DNA of 32,000 nucleotides from Thermoproteus tenax Kra 1 (GTDB lineage: Archaea; Thermoproteota; Thermoprotei; Thermoproteales; Thermoproteaceae), in assembly GCF_000253055.1 (NCBI RefSeq), contig NC_016070.1:1620001-1652000 (forward strand), read 5' to 3'. The notes below the pieces were generated by a model that saw only the letters and a list, made by a program, of their open reading frames with translations, made no database searches and was not told where the DNA came from. This document shows positions 24,386-32,000 of this stretch, piece after piece. Made by a program: the position numbers and the translations under genes. Within the stretch, counting starts at the first letter, position 1. Every line of letters begins with the position of its first letter.

Positions 24386-26341
24386 TCACGTCTGCGTTAT
24401 GCTGCCGTATATAGTGATCGACAACGGCCCGCTCATACTAGTTCCCGCGTAAATCATCTGGTGCCCCGCCGCATCTTGTAGAACCACATATTGTCCGTTG
24501 TAGTAGGCTTCCACGATATTATCACCGGGATCCTTGTAGAACAGGCCAGCCAGTTGAGATGCAAAGCTGACGGCATTGATATACCCCCTCGGCGGCTCTT
24601 CGTACATAAACGGCGGTATCGGTATTAGGGAATAGGCGCACTGGTTTGATGTAGGATAGCCGTTGACTAGGACTTGGGTCACTGTGCCTCCCGAGAACGC
24701 CACAGTGATGGTTTTGATGTTGTAGCCGTACACGTTGAGGTTTGTTTGCACTGTAACCTCGCCTACGCCGTTGGTGGAGCTACCGCTGTAGGCCATGGTC
24801 ACAGTCCCCGTGAATGAGCTAGATATAGTGAGAGTGCCGGAGAACGTTATGGTGTTTCCCGAGTATGTCACTGTGCCGCTCATCCCCTCGAAGGTCACGT
24901 GAGTCGACACAGTCCCTATCGGCGTACCGCTACACGACACGTAATAAGTATAGGCGCGGTTGTCCGTGAAGCTCAGCCCGTTTATAGACTGCACGTCGAG
25001 AGTCGGCGGTGTGAGCTGCACGTATATCTGCGCAGAGAATGTAGTGCCGTTGACCGTCAGCGCCACGGTGTTCCAGGCGTTGAAGGCAGCTTGAAGCGTG
25101 CCGTTTATCAAGAGCCTCTGCCCGGGCGCCAGAAGGTATATAGCTCCGTTTATCTCTAGCGCCACAGTCCTCCTAGTGGCGTTTGTCCAGACCACCCAGG
25201 TGTAGGGTATTGTGGAGTTAGAGGACTGGACTACTTGCTGCGGATTGGTAGAGGGGTTTACATACAGCCCTGCTATTTTCAATATCGCGTTTACCGAAAT
25301 CATGCTCACGTTCAACGTCCATACCCACTCAGTGCCGTTTATCTCGAGGCTGACCTGCCTCTTGCTGTAGGCGGCCACTGTGTAGTTTGCCCAAGCCCTC
25401 CAGCCTGGGGGCAACACTATACTTGTGCCATTGACGATGAGCGTCTCGGTGGCGTTGCCGCTGTTCTCCAACAAGAAGCCGACAGGTATCCGCTCGCCGG
25501 GAACAGCCTCCTCTACGGACGCGACCTCAACCACTGAGTAGCCCGTCTTAAGGTAGACTACATCGACCTCGACGCTCACTCCGCCTATTTTAAGGCTGTA
25601 GCGCCCCGCCGCAGTTATGTTCATTTCGGCTTGCACCACTGCTCTACCGCCTGGGGGTATCGTAATATTCCCTATCCTCCCCGTGTAGTTGCCTAGGTTG
25701 ACTACAGTGATGTTCACAACCGTTAAGCTGGGCACCCGTGTGACGTTGATCTTCACAGGCTCGGCCATTAACACCGGTGTGTAATAGTATACTGTGTAGT
25801 TGAGCACTAGGGGGGTGCCGTTGATGACGGCCACTGCGTATCCTTTGCCGGCCGATGTCGCAGTGACGGTCAGGTTTACCTCGATACTCCCGCCAGGGGG
25901 TACCTCCACCTCGGTCCCGTTTACGTCTACAAGGCCGGTAGCTGTGCCGTTATTGGTTAGGATTAGACGGAGCTGCACCTTGGCGGGCAACGACGTCGTG
26001 TTAAAGACCGCGGGCAACATCTTCACAGCTATCTGCGGCCTAGGCGTAGTGGGAGTCGTTTGAGTGAAACCTGTTGAGCCGTTGCTAGAGGTCTGTCCTG
26101 TCGAGGTGAAGGGGGTCGTCGTAGCGCTTGTGGACTCGGCGCCTCCGACTGGGCCGGCCGTGTTAGTGGACGATGTAGTCGGACCCGCCGTAGTAACGAT
26201 GCCCGTCCCTCCCGCGGTAATAGCGGTCGTCCCTCCCTTAGACGTCCCTCCAGCTAAGTTGGTCACTACTGCCGGCGCTATTGCGTAGAGGGCTAGTGCG
26301 ATTACTCCCACGCTGACGAGCAACGCAAAATATCTGTTCAT
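24386..26341 (-). CDS. Secreted/anchored beta-rich protein with a Thr/Ser-rich stalk and repeated CARDB-like domains
   Basis: MNRYFALLVSVGVIALALYAIAPAVV is a signal/anchor, followed by a T/S/G-rich stretch of about 70 aa. After that come repeated units of the type V.L.L.N.G...G.V.V.G.....PPGG...V with many N-x-S/T sequons. I prefer the ATG at 26341, which overlaps the enolase stop as ATGA. The ORF track starts at the GTG at 26362. Confidence 0.75.
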   Translation of the reverse strand: MNRYFALLVSVGVIALALYAIAPAVVTNLAGGTSKGGTTAITAGGTGIVTTAGPTTSSTNTAGPVGGAESTSATTTPFTSTGQTSSNGSTGFTQTTPTTPRPQIAVKMLPAVFNTTSLPAKVQLRLILTNNGTATGLVDVNGTEVEVPPGGSIEVNLTVTATSAGKGYAVAVINGTPLVLNYTVYYYTPVLMAEPVKINVTRVPSLTVVNITVVNLGNYTGRIGNITIPPGGRAVVQAEMNITAAGRYSLKIGGVSVEVDVVYLKTGYSVVEVASVEEAVPGERIPVGFLLENSGNATETLIVNGTSIVLPPGWRAWANYTVAAYSKRQVSLEINGTEWVWTLNVSMISVNAILKIAGLYVNPSTNPQQVVQSSNSTIPYTWVVWTNATRRTVALEINGAIYLLAPGQRLLINGTLQAAFNAWNTVALTVNGTTFSAQIYVQLTPPTLDVQSINGLSFTDNRAYTYYVSCSGTPIGTVSTHVTFEGMSGTVTYSGNTITFSGTLTISSSFTGTVTMAYSGSSTNGVGEVTVQTNLNVYGYNIKTITVAFSGGTVTQVLVNGYPTSNQCAYSLIPIPPFMYEEPPRGYINAVSFASQLAGLFYKDPGDNIVEAYYNGQYVVLQDAAGHQMIYAGTSMSGPLSITIYGSITQT

Positions 26342-27576
26342 AGAGATGAAATTCTGCCCCACTTGCCCAGATAATCGCCTATGCGTATTAGCTCGTTCAG
26401 CTTGGCCGTCCTCTCGCCTCCCACTATGCCGGTCTTTATGACCTCGGCCCCGAAGGCTACAGCTATGTGCGCCAGAGTGTCGTATTCAGTATCGCCGGAG
26501 CGGTGCGACACCACGATCCTCATTCCGTACCTCCTAGCAGTCTTGACCGCCTCGTGGGCCCTCGTGAGCGTCCCCGTCTGGTCCGGCTTTATCAGGGCTG
26601 CTGTAGTCGCCCCCTCTCTGCCTCCACGCTCTATTCTGGCCGCGTTCGTCACATAGAGGTCGTCTCCCACTATGAGTCTGTCCTTGAAGCGTGACGTCAG
26701 CTCGGCGAAAGATTGAAAGTCATCCTCATGGAAGGGGTCCTCCAGATAGACAAGCCCGAACTCGTCCAAAAGCCTAGCCATATACTCCAGCTGCTCTCTT
26801 GGGCCTCTCTCCTTCCCTTCGTTCTGATATACATATTTGGAGCCGTTCCAGAGGCTGGACGCCGCTGCGTCCACGCCCAAGCCTATCTCGACGCCTATCT
26901 CCTTGGAGACCTCAGCCGCCGACTCCTTCAGAATCTTCAGAGCCGTCTCAGCCGATATCCTCGGCGTCCAGGCGCCTTCGTCGTTCTTCCCTCCAGTGAA
27001 GTGGGGATCCGCCTTGACTATGTACTTAAGGGCCCTCTTGTGGACCTCTAAGTTTGCCAGAACCGCTGTCGCTATATCGGGCGGGTTCAACGGTATCACT
27101 AGGAACTCTTGTAGGTCGGGGCCCAGGCCTCTGCTGTGCTTGCCGCCGCCTATGGCGTTGCCGAGAGGTAGGGGCAACGTTCTGGCCGGCGCTCCGCCCA
27201 GATGTCTGAAGAGGGGTATCCCAAGCGTGTTGGCCGCTGCTCTAGCGGCGGCCATGGAGACGGCTATGGCCACGGCCCCGCCTATCCTCTCGAAACGCCC
27301 AGTGCCGTCCACCTCCTCAAGTTTTCCGTCCACTGCATACTGTTCTGCTGCGTCGACGCCCGCGAGCTCGGGCGACACCAGTCTCTCGAAGGCCGAGAGG
27401 GCCGCGTCTATGCCGCCCTCCGGCAGAAAGGCCACCTCATGTTTTCCCTTAGAGGCGCCCGCGGGAGCGGCCGCCTTGCCGAAGCCGTCGGCGGTGTAGA
27501 CCTCGACCTCTATTGTCTGATCCCCCCTGCCCGTTAGAATCCTCCGGGCCAGGAGCTCCTCGATAGTTGTGTCCAT
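26338..27576 (-). CDS. eno: Enolase (phosphopyruvate hydratase)
   Basis: 412 aa with ILTGRGDQTIEVEV...AAPAGASKGKHEA-like N-terminus, ...VGDDLYVTN... and ...KPDQTGTLT...SHRSGDTE motifs. Confidence 0.9.
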   Translation of the reverse strand: MDTTIEELLARRILTGRGDQTIEVEVYTADGFGKAAAPAGASKGKHEVAFLPEGGIDAALSAFERLVSPELAGVDAAEQYAVDGKLEEVDGTGRFERIGGAVAIAVSMAAARAAANTLGIPLFRHLGGAPARTLPLPLGNAIGGGKHSRGLGPDLQEFLVIPLNPPDIATAVLANLEVHKRALKYIVKADPHFTGGKNDEGAWTPRISAETALKILKESAAEVSKEIGVEIGLGVDAAASSLWNGSKYVYQNEGKERGPREQLEYMARLLDEFGLVYLEDPFHEDDFQSFAELTSRFKDRLIVGDDLYVTNAARIERGGREGATTAALIKPDQTGTLTRAHEAVKTARRYGMRIVVSHRSGDTEYDTLAHIAVAFGAEVIKTGIVGGERTAKLNELIRIGDYLGKWGRISSL

Positions 27577-27582
27577 AGTCCG

Positions 27583-29037
27583 CTAGGATCCGTACTTTAA
27601 CTTTCTATCTATAGTATAGAAAGTCCTCGGGCCCATGTCGTGCATCTCCACCCCCAAGGCTCTGGCTCTGTCCCTCAACATATCGGCTAGCGCGTACTGT
27701 CTCTCGGACCGGAGCCTCGACCTAGCCTCAACTATAGCTCTGACCGCCTCGGCCAACTCCCTCGGGACCTCCCTCTTGTTCAACAAGCCCAATACGTCGG
27801 CCATCTCGGCGTAGCTCCTCAGTATGCCTAAGGCAGTCTCTCTAGAAATCTTATCGACGGAGTAGAGGACTTTAGATATTATGAATCTAGCCATGTCGTA
27901 GAGAGCCCGCGCCGCCTCGTTGGTAGACATATCGTCTGCAAGCGCCTCCTCGAACTTCCTTCTGTAGCTCGATGCCTCCTCGGCCAGAGGCGCTACGTCT
28001 CTCTCGCCTGCGTCTGCCACGGCTTGGCTCAGCTCGTCGTAAGCCGTATACATAGTCCCCAGAAGCTCCACAGCTCTGTCTAGCAAGTCGTAGCTGAACT
28101 CCATGGGCTTTCTGTAGTGGCTCATCGCGTAGGCCAGCCTCAGAGCCTCTCCGTCGTATTTGGACAGAACTTCCTTGAGCGTTATGATGTTGCCTAGCGA
28201 CTTCGACATCTTCTCCCCTCCCACAGTGAGGTATCCTACGTGTATCCAGTACCTCGCGAAGTAGTCCACGCCGTGCATTGCTCTGGCTATAGCTATCTCG
28301 TTCTCGTGGTGTGGGAAAATGAGGTCTGCGCCTCCGCCGTGGAAGTCGAAGGGGACCCCGAGGTGTTTCGTGGACATAACGACGCACTCTAGGTGCCAGC
28401 CAGGCCTCCCGGGGCACCAAGGCGAGTTCCACCAGGGCTCTCCCGGCGACCAACTCTTCCAGAGGGCGAAGTCGAGGGGGTTCCTCTTGCCGGGCTCGGG
28501 CTCCACCCGCGCGCCGGCCACCAGTTCCTCTATCCTCTGCCCCGAGAACTCCCCGTAGCGGGGCACTTTGCCGACCTCAAAGTAGACAGAGCCGTCGGGC
28601 GCCACGTAGGCGTACCCCCTATCCACTAGAGCCCTTATCCACTCCAACATGTCTCCAACATATTCGGTTACTCTAGGGTAGGCGTACGCCGGCTTGACGT
28701 ACAGTCTCTCCATCACGTCGAAGTACTCCCTAATATACCTCTCGGGCACCTCGCGCCATCTGGAGACGGCATCTGCGCCGAACTCCTCTCTGGCCCTGTT
28801 TATTATTTTGTCGTCGACGTCCGTGAAGTTTATCACTAGCTTGACCTCTAGGCCCAAGTGCTCTAGATAGCGCCTCAAGATATCAAAGAACACGTAGACT
28901 CTGCCGTGTCCCACGTGCACCGAGTCGTAGGGCGTTATTCCGCACACGTAGCCTCTGGCGACGCCGGGGGTTAGGACAGAGAAGGGCTCCACTCTCTTGC
29001 TGGCAGTGTTGTAGATTCTCAGAGGAAGTGCCGACAC
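27583..29037 (-). CDS. cysS: Cysteine--tRNA ligase
   Basis: CGITPYDSVHVGHGRVY is the HIGH-type motif and GEKMSKSLGN is the KMSKS motif. WHLEC is typical of CysRS. Confidence 0.9.
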   Translation of the reverse strand: MSALPLRIYNTASKRVEPFSVLTPGVARGYVCGITPYDSVHVGHGRVYVFFDILRRYLEHLGLEVKLVINFTDVDDKIINRAREEFGADAVSRWREVPERYIREYFDVMERLYVKPAYAYPRVTEYVGDMLEWIRALVDRGYAYVAPDGSVYFEVGKVPRYGEFSGQRIEELVAGARVEPEPGKRNPLDFALWKSWSPGEPWWNSPWCPGRPGWHLECVVMSTKHLGVPFDFHGGGADLIFPHHENEIAIARAMHGVDYFARYWIHVGYLTVGGEKMSKSLGNIITLKEVLSKYDGEALRLAYAMSHYRKPMEFSYDLLDRAVELLGTMYTAYDELSQAVADAGERDVAPLAEEASSYRRKFEEALADDMSTNEAARALYDMARFIISKVLYSVDKISRETALGILRSYAEMADVLGLLNKREVPRELAEAVRAIVEARSRLRSERQYALADMLRDRARALGVEMHDMGPRTFYTIDRKLKYGS

Positions 29038-29152
29038 CCCGACATATGCTCAAGATCCCGTCCCCTTTTTAAATTTCAACTGTCGGCGTACCGTGAGGTC
29101 GTCATCTATCGGAACAGGTGCATCTCCCCACGTTTACTCAGGCAAACGTAAT

Positions 29153-30493
29153 TTAATAGTATGTGTGCCGCCTCTGAGCCCATACGTGGCTATCAAGACT
29201 TTGTCGGAGAATCTGGAGAGGAGCCTCTCGAGGCCCTCCTCGTAAGTATGCGCCGGCACGACCACAGGCTCTAGGCCCCATATGAGCTCCAACATCCTCG
29301 CGGAGCTCCAACATCCTCGCGAGCCTCCTCTCGTTGACTCCGACGTAGACTGTCGTCATCGGCCTAAATTTAGCTATTCTCTTCGCCAGAGTTCCCGTCA
29401 TTGAGTATACTGCGATTTCCCCTCCCATGTCCTCGGCCATATCTACCACGGCTTTGGCGAACCTATCGCGTGCGTCGGCCGGCGACGCAGCCTTAAGTCT
29501 CCCGAACTCGACCTGCGACACTATCCTCCTCAGCCAATCCACTGCCTCTAACGGGTGCTCTCCGCTCGCAGTCTCGTTGGTCAGCCACAGAGAGTCCACT
29601 CCGAGACTCGCCGTTGTGTACACGTCGTTGACCTCCGCCCTAGTGGGCGTCGTGTTGGTCTGCATAGAGTCCAAAAGCTGCGTGGCCACCGCCACGGGCC
29701 TTCCTGCCGAGAGAGATCTCTCCACCAAGAGCCTCTGTACTTTAGGAATGTACTCCAGTCCGTAGTGCAGCGCCAGATCGCCTCTCGCTATAACTATGTA
29801 GTCGGCCGCATTGATTATCTCCTCGATTTTATCTACTGCGCTCTTCGTCTCTATTTTGGCCATTATGCCGGAGGTGAGCCCAGCCTCCTCGACGACGCTC
29901 CTCATTTTCCTCACGTCTGCTCCGTCTCTCACAAGGCTGAGGGCCACGTAGTCTACGTCGTCTCTGAACCGAGAGAGCGTCTGAAGCGCCCTTATGTCTT
30001 CCTCCACAGGCTGCTCTATATGATATTCCTTGCCTTTGACCACTATTGCCTTATTGCTGGATATGACGCCGGAGGATAACGACTCGGCCTCGGCCGAGGT
30101 CTGCGCTGCGCTGATTATCCTCAAGACGAGTTTTCCGTCTAACATAAGAACCTCGTCTCCCTCCTCGATTACTTCGAAGAACTCACGCCGCGGCACAGGT
30201 ACGAAGCCGTCCCCCTTCTCGGCTAATTTAAAGGAGACGCGGGCGCCCGCCGTTATCTGTAGAGGGCGCATAAGGCCGGTCCTGACGCTGGGGCCCCTTA
30301 GATCCGCTATAATGGCTATATACCTCCCGCTGGTCTCCTCATACTTCCTCACGGCGTTCACGCGGGCCTCTACCTCCGATGGCGATGCGTGAGACATATT
30401 TATCCGCACGCCGTGAACCTTGCTCAACAGGGCCGTTATATCCGGCAGTCTATCAGTCGAAGGCCCCAATGTAGCTACAATTTTAGTGAACAC
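29153..30493 (-). CDS. pyk: Pyruvate kinase; C-terminal 49 codons out of frame because of a 19-bp tandem duplication (possible pseudogene or sequence error)
   Basis: MFTKIVATLGPSTD..., MAKIETKSAV and IARGDLA are PK motifs. After ...RRLARMLEL the reading frame becomes REDVGAHMGPRACGRAG... Deleting one repeat copy gives ...ELIWGLEPVVVPAHTYEEGLERLLSRFSDKVLIATYGLRGGTHTIKLRLPE with a stop at 29134, which is a normal PK C-domain ending. Confidence 0.85.
   Translation of the reverse strand: MFTKIVATLGPSTDRLPDITALLSKVHGVRINMSHASPSEVEARVNAVRKYEETSGRYIAIIADLRGPSVRTGLMRPLQITAGARVSFKLAEKGDGFVPVPRREFFEVIEEGDEVLMLDGKLVLRIISAAQTSAEAESLSSGVISSNKAIVVKGKEYHIEQPVEEDIRALQTLSRFRDDVDYVALSLVRDGADVRKMRSVVEEAGLTSGIMAKIETKSAVDKIEEIINAADYIVIARGDLALHYGLEYIPKVQRLLVERSLSAGRPVAVATQLLDSMQTNTTPTRAEVNDVYTTASLGVDSLWLTNETASGEHPLEAVDWLRRIVSQVEFGRLKAASPADARDRFAKAVVDMAEDMGGEIAVYSMTGTLAKRIAKFRPMTTVYVGVNERRLARMLELREDVGAHMGPRACGRAGAYLRGGPREAPLQILRQSLDSHVWAQRRHTYY
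29284..29321 (-). repeat. Perfect 2 x 19-bp tandem duplication (gagctccaacatcctcgcg) inside pyk
   Basis: Copies at 29284-29302 and 29303-29321 are identical. Because 19 is not a multiple of 3, the duplication causes a +1 frameshift. Confidence 0.95.
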
Positions 30494-30513
30494 AGATACT
30501 ACTCGCGCGATCT

Positions 30514-30816
30514 TTATTTATATGAAGCTATACCGCCCAACTCTCGTATCACTTCATATATGTTTTCATTTTCTACTATCTTCTCTTGTCCTTTATATAC
30601 ATCTATCTTTTTTACTCCACATTGATCCAATATATTTTGTATTGAAATTCCCGGAAAAACTCTCGCCCATGATGATATATTTCCAAACTCGTCTACGGCC
30701 TTGAGCTCGAGCTCTTTATCTATCAAGAGCCGGCCCTTGCACTTAAGGAAGCTTATTTCGATCCTCAAGCCCCTTTCTCTGGACAGCGATATGAGCGTTT
30801 CAAATATTTTCAACAT
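30514..30816 (-). CDS. Hypothetical protein (100 aa) in an AT-rich segment
   Basis: The ORF has an ATG start overlapping the upstream gene by 17 nt. I recognise no motif, and the local sequence is visibly AT-rich compared with its neighbours. Confidence 0.45.
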   Translation of the reverse strand: MLKIFETLISLSRERGLRIEISFLKCKGRLLIDKELELKAVDEFGNISSWARVFPGISIQNILDQCGVKKIDVYKGQEKIVENENIYEVIRELGGIASYK

Positions 30817-31090
30817 GTATATTTCTTGGCAGTTTTAATTTATGTGCTGAATAGTAGGTTACAACGCCGTCGTTGCTGACCAGGGCCAGTATCACAGGCG
30901 TGGAGATGCTCTCTCCCAAGTTCAACACTCTGTAGAGCTGTCTCAGAGGTTTTTCAACTCCCTCGATCAATACATAGAATAGATAGCGCTCGTTCTTCTC
31001 GGCAATAAAGAGGCCGTCCTCTATCTTCTCGACTATCTTGAATCCCCTCGCCTTGAGGTCCCTCGCGACCTGCTCCTCCAAGACGTCCAT
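30800..31090 (-). CDS. tRNA-splicing endonuclease structural (beta) subunit-like protein (96 aa)
   Basis: EEQVARDLKARGFKIVEK...ERYLFYVLIEG...PLRQLYRVLNLGESISTPVILALVSNDGVVTYYSAHKL resembles, from memory, the EndA C-terminal domain layout (DLK.RGF.V...Y.V.V...L.R..RLA......LA.VD..G.VTYY). It lacks the catalytic His context. Confidence 0.5.
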   Translation of the reverse strand: MDVLEEQVARDLKARGFKIVEKIEDGLFIAEKNERYLFYVLIEGVEKPLRQLYRVLNLGESISTPVILALVSNDGVVTYYSAHKLKLPRNIHVENI

Positions 31091-31111
31091 CGGAGGGAGT
31101 CGCCCACAATG

Positions 31112-31119
31112 TTTATATA
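31112..31119 (+). promoter_or_regulatory. TATA box (TTTATATA) for the L2 gene
   Basis: The box ends 19 nt upstream of the GTG start at 31139, which is leaderless geometry. Confidence 0.5.
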
Positions 31120-31138
31120 GCTTGGGTCCCGGGGGCTT

Positions 31139-31870
31139 GTGGGTAAGCGGATACTAGTACAGAGGAGGGGAAGGGGAGGATCTCAGTTTAGATCGCCGAG
31201 CTGGAAGAGAGATGGGCCAGTGAGATATCCCCTTGTGACAGGCTTCGGATACGTGGTAGAGCTACTCCACGAGCCGGGCCTCGATGCGCCGGTTGCTAAA
31301 ATTAAGATGGCCAACGGAACTGAGTTCCTCAATTTCGCCGCAGAGGGCATGTACGTGGGCCAGAGGATAGAGGTCGGAGAGGACGCGCAGGTCAAGCCCG
31401 GGAATATATTGCCCGTGGGTAAGATACCAGAGGGCACTATGGTGTTCAATGTGGAGAAGAGGTACGGCGACGGCGGGAAGTACGCCAGAGCGGGGGGAAC
31501 ATACGCCGTAGTGTTGGCCCACAAAGTCGAAGAGGGGAAGACCACGATCAGGCTCCCCAGCGGCCGAACTATAGATGTGGACTCGAGGGCGCGCGCCACT
31601 GTGGGCATAGTGGCCGGAGGAGGGAGGATAGAAAAGCCTATGTTGAAGGCCGGCGCCAAGTACCATAGAGCTAGGGCCAAGGCTTGGAAGTGGCCCACTG
31701 TGAGGGGCAAGGCCATGAGCCCGTACGCGCACCCGCACGGCGGAGGCAGCCACCCCAAGGGAGGTACTCCGGTGCCCAAGACGGCGCCGCCGGGACAGAA
31801 GGTCGGATTCATCGCTTCGAGGTGTACAGGCCGCGGCTGTAAAAGGGCGCGCGCCCAACAACGGATTTAG
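31139..31870 (+). CDS. rpl2: 50S ribosomal protein L2 (uL2)
   Basis: MGKRILVQRRGRGGSQFRSPSW..., GNILPVGKIPEGT, and RGKAMSPYAHPHGGG (the hallmark uL2 motif). The start codon is GTG. Confidence 0.9.
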   Translation: MGKRILVQRRGRGGSQFRSPSWKRDGPVRYPLVTGFGYVVELLHEPGLDAPVAKIKMANGTEFLNFAAEGMYVGQRIEVGEDAQVKPGNILPVGKIPEGTMVFNVEKRYGDGGKYARAGGTYAVVLAHKVEEGKTTIRLPSGRTIDVDSRARATVGIVAGGGRIEKPMLKAGAKYHRARAKAWKWPTVRGKAMSPYAHPHGGGSHPKGGTPVPKTAPPGQKVGFIASRCTGRGCKRARAQQRI

Positions 31871-32000
31871 CACTCCTTGAGGGCCGAGCCCAACTCCTCT
31901 TGCGCCCTATGATCCCCGCTCAGCTTTATTGCCCTTCTCAGAACGCGCCTGGCTATCTTGGCCGCCTTCTCGTCGTCTAGGCCCCTCCTCTTTATCTCCT
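31867..32000 (-). CDS. C-terminal end of an unidentified protein (gene begins beyond the window end)
   Basis: My minus-strand translation gives ...EIKRRGLDDEKAAKIARRVLRRAIKLSGDHRAQEELGSALKEC followed by a stop at 31867-31869. It is convergent with rpl2 and overlaps it by 4 nt. The ORF track omits it because it is truncated. Confidence 0.4.
   Translation of the reverse strand, partial: EIKRRGLDDEKAAKIARRVLRRAIKLSGDHRAQEELGSALKEC

Noticed and set aside
29085-29125. A minus-strand AUGACGA followed 12 nt later by CCGA, between pyk and cysS, which could be a C/D sRNA.
   Set aside because: There is no terminal CUGA D box. In addition, the region is covered by the restored pyk 3' end and the cysS promoter.
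1-32000. CRISPR arrays, transposases/IS elements, and toxin-antitoxin or restriction-modification style defence genes.
   Set aside because: I found no short regularly spaced repeats, no terminal inverted repeats and no recognisable transposase, integrase or nuclease motifs. The only exact repeats are the 19-bp and 49-bp intragenic duplications reported above.

Overview
The window looks like a chromosomal segment from a hyperthermophilic crenarchaeon of the Thermoproteales type (Pyrobaculum/Thermoproteus-like). This is an inference from several features: intron-containing tRNAs including a non-canonical D-arm intron, a PaREP2b-like gene, TATA boxes about 20-27 nt upstream of start codons (leaderless style), tightly overlapping operons and a GC-rich sequence. 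Most genes are housekeeping. They include a partial Gfo/Idh/MocA oxidoreductase, a CinA-like protein, Bcp peroxiredoxin, a THEP1-like NTPase, PadR, a PurM-superfamily protein, polyprenyl synthase, RibH, a sugar nucleotidyltransferase, a PfkB kinase, ATP-dependent DNA ligase, a CYTH protein, AMMECR1, enolase, CysRS, pyruvate kinase and ribosomal protein L2. RNA genes I can support are tRNA-Arg(GCG) with one intron, tRNA-Pro(GGG) with two introns, and one well-formed C/D box sRNA, with a weaker second candidate transcribed divergently from it. Nine things stand out. (1) A 7.99-kb gene encodes a 2663-aa surface protein that is saturated with N-glycosylation sequons and has a C-terminal membrane anchor. 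Upstream of it lie a 658-aa secreted beta-rich protein and a roughly 270-nt GC-rich intergenic element with long-range complementarity, which is a structured-RNA candidate. (2) An exact 19-bp tandem duplication frameshifts the last 49 codons of pyruvate kinase. (3) A minus-strand cluster holds two paralogous coiled-coil proteins plus a small protein, and they share a recurring Cys-rich module that also ends a polyproline-linker protein elsewhere in the window. (4) A GC-rich two-gene island (a PaREP2b-like gene plus a Cys-rich 450-aa unknown) abuts tRNA-Pro. (5) An AT-rich two-gene cassette has a first product that resembles the structural subunit of the crenarchaeal tRNA splicing endonuclease. 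(6) An exact 49-bp direct repeat sits inside the polyproline linker of a thioredoxin-fold protein. (7) The genes for AMMECR1, that proline-rich protein, CYTH and DNA ligase form a tightly packed operon. (8) The PfkB kinase gene and a 177-aa unknown have divergent start codons separated by a single nucleotide. (9) The tRNA-Arg intron has a relaxed splice motif, and the gene overlaps the bcp 3' end. No CRISPR array, transposase or integrase is visible. All family assignments come from reading motifs by eye, with no searches run.
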